A DNA stretch of 64,000 bases, taken from an uncultured Haloplasmataceae bacterium. Its GTDB lineage: Bacteria; Bacillota_I; Bacilli_A; Haloplasmatales; Haloplasmataceae. Below are positions 39,589-49,632 of this stretch, piece after piece; positions within the stretch are counted from its first letter, which is position 1, and each line of letters opens with the position of its first letter. Both the position numbers and the translations under genes were made by a program. Under the pieces are notes generated by a model. The model saw nothing but the letters and a program-made list of their open reading frames with translations. It was not told where the DNA came from and made no database searches. The stretch lies in the NCBI GenBank assembly GCA_963824615.1, contig CAWGPU010000004.1, forward strand, positions 108,852-172,851. The letters run 5' to 3'.

Positions 39589-40437
39589 ATGAGAGGTATT
39601 GATTATAGAATCCAACGAAGAGTAGATTTACAATGTGGCCCATACCTGCTTGAATTTGGGAAAAGAACTTATATAATGGGGATATTAAATGTAACACCAG
39701 ATTCTTTTTCAGATGGTGGTGACTTTACTGATTTAGAGGAAGCGATTCATCATGCGAAAGAGATGGTTTCAGACGGTGCCGATATTATTGATATTGGTGG
39801 AGAATCAACAAGACCAGGAGCAGCTTTTGTGAATAGTGAGGTAGAACTAGAACGTGTTTTACCCGTGTTAAAAAGATTGGTTAAGGAAATTAAAGTACCC
39901 ATTTCAGTTGATACATATAAAGCTAGTGTCGCTAGGAAGGTTTTAGAAGCAGGGGCACATATCATTAATGATATATGGGGTTTACAAAAAGACCCTGAAA
40001 TAGCGAATGTTATTGCCGAGTATGAGGTTCCTGTTATCATTATGCACAATAGAATTGATACCGAATATAAAAATGACATTATGGAAGAAATTGTCACCTT
40101 TTTTAATCAGTCCATTTCTATTGCTTTAAACGCTGGTATAAAAGCGAATAATATCATTTTAGACCCAGGTATTGGATTTGGAAAAACCCTTGAACAAAAT
40201 ATCATTGTGATGAAGCGATTAGGTGAATTAAATGATTTAGGTTATCCTATTTTATTGGGGACATCAAGAAAATCATTGATAGGCAAAACATTGAACTTGC
40301 CTCCAAAAGAAAGAGTAGAGGGAACTTTAGCGACAACGACTATGGGTATTATACAAGGAATTGACATTGTGAGAGTTCATGATATTAAAGAAAATATTAG
40401 AGTAGCTAAATTCACAGATAAGATTATAAGAGGTTAA
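39589..40437 (+). CDS. folP: dihydropteroate synthase
   Basis: Contains the GILNVTPDSFSDGG pterin-binding start, DIGGESTRPGA and GTSRKS. Confidence 0.9.
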   Translation: MRGIDYRIQRRVDLQCGPYLLEFGKRTYIMGILNVTPDSFSDGGDFTDLEEAIHHAKEMVSDGADIIDIGGESTRPGAAFVNSEVELERVLPVLKRLVKEIKVPISVDTYKASVARKVLEAGAHIINDIWGLQKDPEIANVIAEYEVPVIIMHNRIDTEYKNDIMEEIVTFFNQSISIALNAGIKANNIILDPGIGFGKTLEQNIIVMKRLGELNDLGYPILLGTSRKSLIGKTLNLPPKERVEGTLATTTMGIIQGIDIVRVHDIKENIRVAKFTDKIIRG

Positions 40438-40441
40438 TCAA

Positions 40442-40807
40442 ATGGATAAAATTTTAATGAAAAATTTATCGTTTTATGGTTATCATGGAGTACTTAAAGA
40501 AGAAAATCGATTAGGTCAAAAGTTTTTTATCGATATTGAATTATTAACGGATTTAAAAGTTGCTGGTAAATCAGATGATGTTTCCGACACCATTAATTAT
40601 GCTGCTGCCTTTGAATTAGTTAAAATTATCGTTGAACAAAATAAATTTAATTTAATTGAAGCGTTAGCTGAAACAATCGCGAGTTCAATTCTTTCCACTT
40701 ATTCTAAGGTTTTAGAAGTAGTTGTGAAGATACGGAAACCAGAGGCACCAGTAAATGGAATTTTCGATTATTTTGGTGTCGAAATAAGGAGAATGCAAAA
40801 TGTCTAA
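40442..40807 (+). CDS. folB: dihydroneopterin aldolase
   Basis: Contains FYGYHGVLKEENRLGQKFFIDIEL. 121 aa. Confidence 0.85.
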   Translation: MDKILMKNLSFYGYHGVLKEENRLGQKFFIDIELLTDLKVAGKSDDVSDTINYAAAFELVKIIVEQNKFNLIEALAETIASSILSTYSKVLEVVVKIRKPEAPVNGIFDYFGVEIRRMQNV

Positions 40808-41285
40808 AGTTTATATTAGTATAGGTAGCAATATGGGAGATAAGCAAGGACATCTAGCTAAAGCGGTACAATTATTAAATATGCATGATGCAATTACCGT
40901 GATTAAAGAGTCTGCTTATTATGAGACACTACCTGTGGGGTATACCGACCAAGAAAATTTTATCAACCAAGTGATTGAATTAGATACCATTTTATCCCCT
41001 GATGAATTATTAGATTATTGTCAATTGATAGAATTTCAATTAAAAAGAAAAAGAGAAATCAAATGGGGACCACGTACAATTGATTTAGATATCTTACTTT
41101 ATGACAATCAAAAAGTACATAATGAAAGATTAATTATTCCACATCCACGAATGATTGATCGTGCTTTTGTCATGGTTCCGTTATATGAAATAGCTCCAGA
41201 ACTCACAATTTTCAATCAAAACATTAACCAAATTATAGATAATTTACAAAAAACAATTTCTGAAAATATTATAAAAAAACTTTAA
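40800..41285 (+). CDS. folK: 2-amino-4-hydroxy-6-hydroxymethyldihydropteridine pyrophosphokinase
   Basis: Contains YISIGSNMGD...WGPRTIDLDILLY. Overlaps the folB stop. Confidence 0.85.
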   Translation: MSKVYISIGSNMGDKQGHLAKAVQLLNMHDAITVIKESAYYETLPVGYTDQENFINQVIELDTILSPDELLDYCQLIEFQLKRKREIKWGPRTIDLDILLYDNQKVHNERLIIPHPRMIDRAFVMVPLYEIAPELTIFNQNINQIIDNLQKTISENIIKKL

Positions 41286-41301
41286 AAAATATAAATAAAA
41301 A

Positions 41302-41332
41302 ATGCCTAAGTGAATACTTAGACATTTTTTAT
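41302..41332 (+). terminator. rho-independent terminator after folK
   Basis: gcctaagtgaatacttagac followed by tttttt. Confidence 0.5.
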
Positions 41333-41722
41333 TAGGAGAAAAGAGATAAGAGAGGAAAAAAGTTTTATAAAGATTAATCATAATAGAAAATATGCTTTGA
41401 TGACAATCTTTATTATAAACTTGAATACACGCATCAATATCGTACAATTATGAGAGATTATGTGATGAATTAAGCAGTTTGCAATCTTCCACAATTATTT
41501 TCGTTAGGTAATTAATACTTCTCTTTTTCCAAATATTCGTGTAATGATGACTTAGCGACTATGGTGTGAAAGAAGATATACAAGCTACAAGGGAACAGGT
41601 ATCAGTTGTATCTCGTAAAATATCGTTAGTGGTATACATAAATATAAATAAAAGAAATGAAAATCCGACAATTTGTAAATAATGTATAGTAGAGGATGCA
41701 GTACAATAATAATTGTCATACT

Positions 41723-41884
41723 CAAATAAAAAAAAGATGATTGAGGGAATCATCAAAATAAAAAAAAAGATGATTGAGGGAATCATCAAAATAAAAAAAA
41801 AGATGATTGAGGGAATCATCGGAATAAAAAAAAGATGATTGAGGGAATCATCGGAATAAAAAAAAGATGATTCCTTGAATCACC
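41723..41884. repeat. tandem array of five ~33-bp units, each a 7-bp-stem hairpin (GATGATT-GAGGG-AATCATC) with an A9 or T9 run
   Basis: Four perfect copies and one degenerate copy. The spacers are identical (AAAATAAAAAAAAA or GGAATAAAAAAAA). On the minus strand each unit reads as hairpin plus T9. Confidence 0.85.
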
Positions 41885-41962
41885 TTAGGTTGAAGTATTT
41901 TCTCAAAGAATATTATACCATACTATAGATGAAAAAAAAAGTCTAAAAAAATTATTTTTCCA

Positions 41963-42012
41963 TTGACCAACTCAGTCAATTATAATATAATAAAATTGAC
42001 CACAAGAGTCAA
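41963..42012 (+). promoter_or_regulatory. two palindromic operator-like sites TTGAC-N7-GTCAA (41963-41979, 41996-42012) flanking a TATAAT box
   Basis: ttgaccaactcagtcaa TTATAAT ataataaaa ttgaccacaagagtcaa. Both are perfect 5-7-5 inverted repeats 24 bp upstream of the tetR GTG start. Confidence 0.5.
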
Positions 42013-42035
42013 AAATAAAGAAAGGAAGGTTTTAA

Positions 42036-42653
42036 GTGTACACTAATTTTTTAAAAATAAGTGTTGAAAAACAGAATAGAATTATTAACGCCTGTATTAA
42101 AGAATTTTCTTTAAATGGTTATGATAATGCATCTACGAATGAAATTGTTAAAGAGGCTGGTATATCAAAAGGGTTGCTTTTTCATTATTTTAAGAACAAG
42201 AAAATGTTATTCTTTTATATTTATGATTATGCTATAAATTTTTATGTAAAATACTTTTATGATAATTTTGATTTTAGTGAAACAGATTTATTCAACAGAT
42301 TTCAAATTGCCTTGAAAATGAAATCAGAAATTATCGGAGATTATCCATTATTTTTTAAATTTTTAGAAAAAGTTTACTTTGAAGATGCAGCGGAGGTAAA
42401 AAATGAATTAATTGAGAAGAATAAGGATATGATACAATTCAGTTGGCGAATCTTTGAGAATATAGATACTTCAAAATTTAGAGAGAATTTAAATTTACAA
42501 CAGGCGGTAAATGTTATTTCTTGGACTATTGAAGGAATAGAAAATAAATTTACAAAAGAAGTCAAGTTAACTAAGAAAGCTATTGACTATCAAAAAAGTT
42601 TCGATGAGGTCAAGGAATATATTGAATTATTAAAAAAAATTTTTTATAAATAA
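42036..42653 (+). CDS. TetR-family transcriptional regulator
   Basis: N-terminal HTH NASTNEIVKEAGISKGLLFHYFKNKKML. GTG start with a GGAAGG RBS. Confidence 0.8.
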   Translation: MYTNFLKISVEKQNRIINACIKEFSLNGYDNASTNEIVKEAGISKGLLFHYFKNKKMLFFYIYDYAINFYVKYFYDNFDFSETDLFNRFQIALKMKSEIIGDYPLFFKFLEKVYFEDAAEVKNELIEKNKDMIQFSWRIFENIDTSKFRENLNLQQAVNVISWTIEGIENKFTKEVKLTKKAIDYQKSFDEVKEYIELLKKIFYK

Positions 42654-42664
42654 GGAGGAAAAAA

Positions 42665-43549
42665 ATGAACGTGATTGAAGTGAACAAATTAACGAAGTAT
42701 TATGGTGAAGAAAGGGGAATTATTGATGTTAGCTTTAATGTAAAGGAAGGCGAGATATTTGGGTTTATTGGACCTAATGGGGCAGGTAAATCAACAACGA
42801 TTCGTACTTTGTTAACATTAATTTACCCAACAAGTGGTAGTGCAACGATATTTGGGAAAGACTGTGTTCAATTTGCACCTGAAATTAAAAAGGAAATTGG
42901 TTATCTTCCATCAGAAGTATTTTACTATGATAACATGAAAGTGATTGATTTATTAAAGTATTCAGCAAGTTTTTATAAAAAAGATTGTAGTGAAAGAATA
43001 AAATATTTGTCAGAAGCCATGGATTTGGATTTAACGAGAAAAATTGATGATTTATCGTTTGGGAATAAAAAGAAAGTAGGAATAGTTCAAGGTCTCTTAC
43101 ATGAACCGAAACTTATTATTCTAGATGAGCCTACTAGCGGATTAGACCCTCTTATGCAACAAAAATTTTTCGAATTGCTTAAAGAAGAAAATAAAAAAGG
43201 AGCTACGATTCTTTTCTCTTCTCATATTTTAGGCGAAGTACAAAAGTTATGTGATCGTGTGGCAATTATTAAAGAAGGTCAAATTATTAAAATTGAAGAT
43301 ATGAAATCTTTCAAAGAAAATAATTATCGAAGAGTTAAAATTGAAACCAATGAAAAATTGAGTCAAGAATATTTTAATATGAACGGTGTCAATGATTTAC
43401 AAATTAAAAACAACGTAATTAGTTTTCTATATAAAGGAAGTATGAACTTATTAACTAAGAAAGTTTCTGAAATTAATATTTCTAATTTATGGATAGAGGA
43501 ACCTAACTTAGAAGAAGTATTCATGCATTATTATAAGAAGGGGGAATAG
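42665..43549 (+). CDS. ABC transporter ATP-binding protein (ABC-2 / bacitracin-type exporter ATPase)
   Basis: Walker A GPNGAGKST, signature-like SFGNKKKVGI and Walker B ILDEPTSGLD. Confidence 0.8.
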   Translation: MNVIEVNKLTKYYGEERGIIDVSFNVKEGEIFGFIGPNGAGKSTTIRTLLTLIYPTSGSATIFGKDCVQFAPEIKKEIGYLPSEVFYYDNMKVIDLLKYSASFYKKDCSERIKYLSEAMDLDLTRKIDDLSFGNKKKVGIVQGLLHEPKLIILDEPTSGLDPLMQQKFFELLKEENKKGATILFSSHILGEVQKLCDRVAIIKEGQIIKIEDMKSFKENNYRRVKIETNEKLSQEYFNMNGVNDLQIKNNVISFLYKGSMNLLTKKVSEINISNLWIEEPNLEEVFMHYYKKGE

Positions 43550-44349
43550 TGATGAATATTTTCAAATATGAGCTAAAAGCAAACGCTAAGTCGACTATAA
43601 TTTGGTTAGTTTCATTAGTGTTAGTCGTTTTCTTATTTATGTCAATATATCAAAGTTTCGCAAAAGATGCTCCTCAGGCACAGGATTTTCTTACAAGTTT
43701 ACCACCTGCAGCCAGAGCTGCATTAGGCATCAATATGGATACCTTCTTCACTGTATTGGGTTTTTATTCATTTGTATTTCTTTATATTGTATTAATTGGC
43801 GCAATCCAAGCAATGAATTTGGGATTGGGAATGTTGTCAAAAGAAACACGAGAAAAAACAGCTGATTTTTTGTTGACTAAACCTGTCACAAGACAATTTA
43901 TAGTTACTTCAAAAATGCTAGCTGCTTTAACTGCTATTATTATTACGAATATTGTCTTTCTTCTCATTTCTTATGTCATTCTTTTAACAATCCAAACGAA
44001 TAATTTTTCAGGTAAAATATTTTTTATGTTATCAATCACACTGTTATTTATCCAAATATTCTTCTTTGCAATCGGATTTATTTTATCTGTAGTTATTCCT
44101 AAAATCAAGACAGTAATAGCTATTTCTCTCCCAATCGTATTTGGATTTTTTATTATCAGTATGATAGGTTCTATTATTGGCGAAAAAGCTGTGCATTATT
44201 TGACTCCATTTGAATATTTTAATCGAGAATATATACTTGAGGCTGGGGCTTATCAACTGCGTTTTATTCTCATTGAAATGGTTATTGTCATTGGTCTAAT
44301 TTTTTCTACCTATTACATTTATACTAAAAAAGACATTCATTCTATTTAG
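43549..44349 (+). CDS. ABC-2 family transporter permease
   Basis: 6-TM permease overlapping the ATPase stop. Confidence 0.6.
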   Translation: MMNIFKYELKANAKSTIIWLVSLVLVVFLFMSIYQSFAKDAPQAQDFLTSLPPAARAALGINMDTFFTVLGFYSFVFLYIVLIGAIQAMNLGLGMLSKETREKTADFLLTKPVTRQFIVTSKMLAALTAIIITNIVFLLISYVILLTIQTNNFSGKIFFMLSITLLFIQIFFFAIGFILSVVIPKIKTVIAISLPIVFGFFIISMIGSIIGEKAVHYLTPFEYFNREYILEAGAYQLRFILIEMVIVIGLIFSTYYIYTKKDIHSI

Positions 44350-44361
44350 TAAGGAGGGAAT

Positions 44362-45153
44362 TTGATGAATATATTTTTAATTGAATTAAAAGCACATCGT
44401 AAACCACTAATTTTTTGGTGTTTAGGGATGATTTTAATGATTATCGCTGGAATGGGTAAATATGCAGCCTATAGAGGTGCTGGACAATCCATTAATACGG
44501 TGATGGAGTCCTTACCAAAATCAGTCGCTGCAATATTAGGTATCGGCAATTTTGATTTAACTCAAGCAACTGGTTTTTACGGGGTATTATTTATTTATTT
44601 ATTAATGATTGCAACCATTCATGCTACTATGTTAGGAGCTAATATGATTGCTAAAGAAGAACGAGATAAAACAGCTGAATTTCTATTTGTAAAACCTATT
44701 ACAAGATCAAATGTGATTACCGCAAAATTAGCGGCATCATTTGTTAATCTTGTCATATTAAATCTAGTTACCTTATTTTCATCTTTAGCTATGGTCGATT
44801 ATTATGGAAGTAACAATTCAGGAGATGTTTTATTATTAATGCTTGGGATGTTTATCTTACAAATTCTATTTTTAACTTTAGGTACAGCTCTCGCATCAAT
44901 CATGCAAAACCCTAAAAAAGCAGCTTCACTAGCAACAGGCATTTTATTAATTACCTATCTAATATCGGTAGTAGTTGATATGAGCACACATTTAGATTTT
45001 TTGAATTATTTCACGCCATTTAAATATTTTGCTGCTAGTAATGTATTCAGTAACGGAATATCAGTCATTTATGTACTACTTTCATTTGTTATAGTTGGCA
45101 TTTTCATCTATTTAACCTATTCACAATATAAAAAGAGAGATTTAACAATCTAG
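44362..45153 (+). CDS. ABC-2 family transporter permease (paralog of the preceding gene)
   Basis: The N-terminus is similar to the previous permease (MNIF..ELKA...K). 6 TM helices. Confidence 0.6.
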   Translation: MMNIFLIELKAHRKPLIFWCLGMILMIIAGMGKYAAYRGAGQSINTVMESLPKSVAAILGIGNFDLTQATGFYGVLFIYLLMIATIHATMLGANMIAKEERDKTAEFLFVKPITRSNVITAKLAASFVNLVILNLVTLFSSLAMVDYYGSNNSGDVLLLMLGMFILQILFLTLGTALASIMQNPKKAASLATGILLITYLISVVVDMSTHLDFLNYFTPFKYFAASNVFSNGISVIYVLLSFVIVGIFIYLTYSQYKKRDLTI

Positions 45154-45523
45154 TATGTTAAAATGAGATTTTCTGAAATGAGTTTATCTTTCAGAAAAAA
45201 TCAATACATCATAATATAAGAAAAAACATGTTTTTAATAACATGTTTTTTTCATCTGGTTTCAGTTGATTGTTTGTATCACTTTAATAATATTATACATA
45301 TAATTATCAAAGTGATATCATAAATATATGTTGATTTTGGAATGTTACTAGTTTTGTTTTGATTATTTAATGGATTGTTTTATAAATACTCTTAAATAAG
45401 ATATATGAACATATTCTGTATAATTGTTAGAAGATAATATTAAGAATATATGATTTGAATTGAGGAATCATATGGATTGGGATACTAAAAGATAGAAGTG
45501 GTTTCTAAATTTAAAGAAATTGT

Positions 45524-45553
45524 TTGACACAACGAAAGTTTACATTTATAGAT
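45524..45553 (+). promoter_or_regulatory. candidate sigma-A promoter TTGACA-17-TATAGA upstream of the crcB pair
   Basis: ttgacacaacgaaagtttacatttatagat. Confidence 0.35.
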
Positions 45554-45641
45554 TCAATTTTAATATTGAAATATAGTAAGTTTTGTTATAATATAAAAGG
45601 ACGTTGAAATAAATAGAAAAAATAGTAAAGGTGAAATAGAT

Positions 45642-46025
45642 ATGATATATCTTTCAATCGGATCATTTGGTATAATTGGTGCCTTATTACGGTATTATCT
45701 TGGGATTTCTATCCATGAATGGTGGGTATATTCGTTTCCACTAGGAACACTTCTAATTAATTATATTGGCGCATTTACTTTAGGATGGTTTACTTATAAT
45801 GTTGCTCATTTAAAAATTCCTGAATGGTTTCGTATTGGCTTTGCGACAGGGTTAATTGGTTCTTTTACCACTTTTTCAACATTTAGTGTTGAGACGGTGA
45901 ATTTATTAGATAAAGGATTAATTATATATGCTTTAGGGTACGTTGCCCTCAGTTTATTTGGTGGTTTAATGTTTCCTTTCTTAGGATACAGAATGTCTAA
46001 AGTTATCACTAGAGAGGGGGAATAA
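45642..46025 (+). CDS. crcB: fluoride ion channel CrcB/FluC subunit
   Basis: ~125 aa with 4 TM helices and the GFxGxFTTFSTF motif (GLIGSFTTFSTF). Confidence 0.8.
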   Translation: MIYLSIGSFGIIGALLRYYLGISIHEWWVYSFPLGTLLINYIGAFTLGWFTYNVAHLKIPEWFRIGFATGLIGSFTTFSTFSVETVNLLDKGLIIYALGYVALSLFGGLMFPFLGYRMSKVITREGE

Positions 46026-46029
46026 AGAC

Positions 46030-46398
46030 ATGATTTTAAATGGAGTATTGGTAGCTTTTGGAGCGTTCTTGGGAGCGACTAGTCGTTTCGCTGTCAGTAA
46101 ATGGATTGATAATAAAATGACTTCAAAATTCCCCTTTGGGACAATAGCAGTTAATTTATTAGGCTCATTTTTATTGGGTATTATTATCGCAAGTCAGGGA
46201 AATAATCAAATATCATTGTTACTCGGTACTGGTTTTATGGGGTCCTTTACGACTTTTTCGACTTTTAAAGTTGAAAGTATTAAATTAGGATTAGAAAAAC
46301 GATGGTATTTGTTATCAAGATATTTAATTTACAGTTACGGTTTAGGGATTGTTTTAGCGTTTTTCGGCTATTTTATTGGGAAACAACTCTATTACTAA
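46030..46398 (+). CDS. crcB: fluoride ion channel CrcB/FluC subunit (second paralog, heterodimer partner)
   Basis: Contains GFMGSFTTFSTF. 122 aa. Confidence 0.8.
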   Translation: MILNGVLVAFGAFLGATSRFAVSKWIDNKMTSKFPFGTIAVNLLGSFLLGIIIASQGNNQISLLLGTGFMGSFTTFSTFKVESIKLGLEKRWYLLSRYLIYSYGLGIVLAFFGYFIGKQLYY

Positions 46399-46446
46399 AT
46401 GACTTGTTTTATACAATAGTCTTAATATTACATGTTTAGGGAGGTT

Positions 46447-47154
46447 ATGATGGGTGATTTTATTAAATTGGACGGTGTTATTAAACATTATCAAATGGGT
46501 GAGGTAGAAGTAAATGCATGTGATGGAGTTTCTTTTAATATTCAAAAAGGTGAATTTGTAGTCATTGTTGGTCCTAGTGGAGCTGGGAAAACCACTGTTT
46601 TAAATTTAATTGGCGGAATGGACCAATGTGATAAAGGTAATATGGTAATTGAAAATAAAGACATTAGCCAGTATACAAAAAAACAATTAACTACTTATCG
46701 CCGAAATGATATTGGTTTTGTCTTTCAATTTTATAATTTAGTACCAAATTTAACTGCTTTAGAAAATGTAGAACTAGCAGCTCAAATATGTTCAAATTCT
46801 CTTGACCCCATTACTATATTAAAAGAAGTTGGTTTAGAGAACAGAATAAATAATTTCCCATCACAGCTTTCTGGTGGTGAACAACAACGCGTTTCTATTG
46901 CTAGAGCTTTGGCTAAAAATCCTAAATTACTGCTTTGTGATGAGCCAACTGGAGCATTAGATGATGAAACCGGAAAATCAATTTTAAAATTATTATATAA
47001 AACATGTAAAGATAAGTTGATGACAGTAGTTGTTATCACTCATAATCATGCTATAACTCCCATTGCTGATAGAGTCATTCAAATTAGGAGTGGAAAGGTT
47101 ATTTCGATTTTTGAAAATCTTCATCCACAGCCTGTTGAAAGGATTGATTGGTGA
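46447..47154 (+). CDS. ABC transporter ATP-binding protein (MacB/FtsE/LolD-like)
   Basis: Walker A GPSGAGKTT, Q-loop, signature LSGGEQQRVSIARAL and Walker B LLCDEPTGALD. GGGAGG RBS. Confidence 0.8.
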   Translation: MMGDFIKLDGVIKHYQMGEVEVNACDGVSFNIQKGEFVVIVGPSGAGKTTVLNLIGGMDQCDKGNMVIENKDISQYTKKQLTTYRRNDIGFVFQFYNLVPNLTALENVELAAQICSNSLDPITILKEVGLENRINNFPSQLSGGEQQRVSIARALAKNPKLLLCDEPTGALDDETGKSILKLLYKTCKDKLMTVVVITHNHAITPIADRVIQIRSGKVISIFENLHPQPVERIDW

Positions 47155-49607
47155 TGGTTAAAGCCTATACAAAAACAATCATCAGGCAAATTACATTTAA
47201 TTTCCATAGATACTTTTCCATCTTGTTAATAGTTGCATTAGGGGTCAGTTTTTATTCTGGTCTGCGTTCAACTAGTCCTAACATGCAAATAACCGCAAAT
47301 GATTATTTAAGTGATCAAAATGTGATGGATTTTAATATTGTATCTCAACTGATGTTTACGAGTGATGATGTACTTGCCATTAAAGAAAACCCTTTAATCA
47401 AAGGGATCATGCCTAGTTTTTATACCGAAGCGCAACTAGAATTAAATGATGCTAGTTTAACGGTAAATGTCCATTCGCTTGATACTAGTTTAAAAGGCAA
47501 TGATGAGAATAATATAAATCAACCCAATTTATTAAAAGGACGTTTTCCTGATACGAATGCCGAATGTTTGATTGATGAGAAATTAATGAAATCAGAAAAT
47601 TTCAAAATTGGTGACCAAATTACTTTAGCAGGTACAAATTTAAAAGCACCAATTTTAACAATCGTTGGAGTGGCGAACAGCCCATTATATATCTCTATTG
47701 AGAGAGGAGTTAGCTCAAACGGGGATATCAATGGTTTCATTTTAGTGAATCAAGATGCCTTTAATACACTTTACTATACGAATCTCTATGTGACTATAGA
47801 TAAAACAGGTCTTTCTCGCTTTTCAAAAGAATATAAAAATAAAATTCAGGCTGTTAAAAAGCAATTAGAAACTATAGGCGAAACTAGGAGTGAAATAAGA
47901 GCACAAGACTTGGGCAATCCAAATTTACCTTCGAAATGGATTATTTCAGATTTATTTCAAAATATTGGATTTAGTTCGTATTTAGATGATACACAACGAA
48001 TTTCGGCTGTAGGAAATGTCTTTCCTTTAATTTTCTTTTTAGTTTCCTCACTTGTCAGCTTAACATCTATGACAAGAATGGTTGAAAATGATAGGACAGA
48101 AATTGGAATTTTTAAATCATTAGGATATAGTCGTTTTGCGATAACACGAAAATATTTGTTTTATGCCCTGTCAGCCAGTATTATAGGTGGTGTCGCTGGA
48201 TTTCTAGTTGGAGTAAATTTATTTCCCAAAGTTATATTTAATGCCTATGGTATTTTGTATCACTTGATGCCTCTTGAAATTAGTTTTAGTTATTCACTTG
48301 CGATTACCTCAATTCTTGCAGCCATCCTAGTTATAACGATACCAGCTTATTTCGCTTGTTTACGAAGTTTTGTTTCTTCTCCAGCCAATTTAATGAGACC
48401 TAAAGCTCCTGACCCAGGTAAAAGAATATTTCTGGAAAAAATAAACTTTTTGTGGACGCGATTAAAATTTATTCAAAAAGTCACTGCGCGTAATCTATTT
48501 AGATATAAAAAAAGGTTGTTAATGACAGTTATTGGAATCGCAGGATGTACCGCTTTACTATTAACAGGTTTTGGTTTACGTGACTCGATTAGTTCAATTA
48601 TTGACCGTCAATTTAAAGAAATAAGAACTTATGATGCAGAAATTTATTTAAATAATCATCTTACAAATGATTCATTAGCACAGTTCAAAAAGACTGTAAA
48701 GATAAACAGTATGGTTAAGGATACATTTTATATTGACCAAGAATCTTTAAAGATTAGTTATAAAGGAGTAAATAAAGACCTCTATTTAATTATCCCTGAA
48801 AATGCAACATCACTCAATTCATTCATCACATTAAGAACGCGTCTTACTCATGAGGATGTTAATCTCGATAATAATTCAGTTGTGTTAACTGAGAAAATAG
48901 CCACACTTTTAGGCATTCATATAGGGGATACTATTACACTAGAAAATAATCAGTACCAAATCGTAACGGTAAAAGTATCCGGTATTGTTGAGAATTATCT
49001 TTATCATTATGTCTATATGTCACCGCAATTGTACGAGTCGTTATTTAATCAAACAGTACACTATAATGTTTTATTAACGAAACTAACGAATACAAGTGAT
49101 AGTGCTGAGAAACAGTTGGGAAAAGATTTTACAACCGAATCTCAAGTTCAAACGGTACATTTTATTTCCCAAATAGAATATCATTTTAATAATATGATCA
49201 GCACATTAAATGATGTCGTATATGTTTTAATTATTTCAGCTGCACTGCTTGCATTTTTAGTGTTATTTACCTTAACGAATATCAACATCGATGAACGAAA
49301 ACGAGAGTTAGCAACGATAAAAGTATTAGGATTTTATGATAAAGAGGTGTCCTCTTATATATACCGTGAAAACTTTATACTCACCTTTATTGGTATTATA
49401 GCGGGATTAATATTAGGGTATTTTCTACTTCATTACGTAATAGTCACAACAGAAACAGATATTGTGATGTTCTGCCGTAATATTAGTTGGATGAGTTACA
49501 TTAACGCGATTGCCTTAACATTTGTTTTTGCGATAATAGTAAATGTGATTATGCATCTAAGAATTCATAGAATTGATATGATTGAATCATTAAAAAATGT
49601 CGAATAA
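47154..49607 (+). CDS. ABC transporter permease with two FtsX-like domains (MacB-type)
   Basis: ~818 aa with duplicated 4-TM FtsX modules separated by large extracytoplasmic domains. The start overlaps the ATPase stop. Confidence 0.7.
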   Translation: MVKAYTKTIIRQITFNFHRYFSILLIVALGVSFYSGLRSTSPNMQITANDYLSDQNVMDFNIVSQLMFTSDDVLAIKENPLIKGIMPSFYTEAQLELNDASLTVNVHSLDTSLKGNDENNINQPNLLKGRFPDTNAECLIDEKLMKSENFKIGDQITLAGTNLKAPILTIVGVANSPLYISIERGVSSNGDINGFILVNQDAFNTLYYTNLYVTIDKTGLSRFSKEYKNKIQAVKKQLETIGETRSEIRAQDLGNPNLPSKWIISDLFQNIGFSSYLDDTQRISAVGNVFPLIFFLVSSLVSLTSMTRMVENDRTEIGIFKSLGYSRFAITRKYLFYALSASIIGGVAGFLVGVNLFPKVIFNAYGILYHLMPLEISFSYSLAITSILAAILVITIPAYFACLRSFVSSPANLMRPKAPDPGKRIFLEKINFLWTRLKFIQKVTARNLFRYKKRLLMTVIGIAGCTALLLTGFGLRDSISSIIDRQFKEIRTYDAEIYLNNHLTNDSLAQFKKTVKINSMVKDTFYIDQESLKISYKGVNKDLYLIIPENATSLNSFITLRTRLTHEDVNLDNNSVVLTEKIATLLGIHIGDTITLENNQYQIVTVKVSGIVENYLYHYVYMSPQLYESLFNQTVHYNVLLTKLTNTSDSAEKQLGKDFTTESQVQTVHFISQIEYHFNNMISTLNDVVYVLIISAALLAFLVLFTLTNINIDERKRELATIKVLGFYDKEVSSYIYRENFILTFIGIIAGLILGYFLLHYVIVTTETDIVMFCRNISWMSYINAIALTFVFAIIVNVIMHLRIHRIDMIESLKNVE

Positions 49608-49632
49608 ATAAAAAAATGGATGGTGTCAAACG

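Noticed and set aside
41559-41819. 86-aa minus-strand ORF with MIPSIIFFFIL repeated three times
   Set aside because: It is a translation artefact of the tandem 33-bp hairpin/poly-A repeat array. There is no RBS and the repeats are at DNA level.
41723-41884. Possible CRISPR array (regular short repeats)
   Set aside because: The inter-repeat segments are identical A-rich linkers, not unique spacers. The repeats are 19-nt palindromes with 13-14-nt spacers, and no cas genes are nearby.
45450-45641. Fluoride riboswitch upstream of crcB
   Set aside because: The conserved crcB-motif core sequences are not visible in the leader. This needs a covariance-model scan to be certain.
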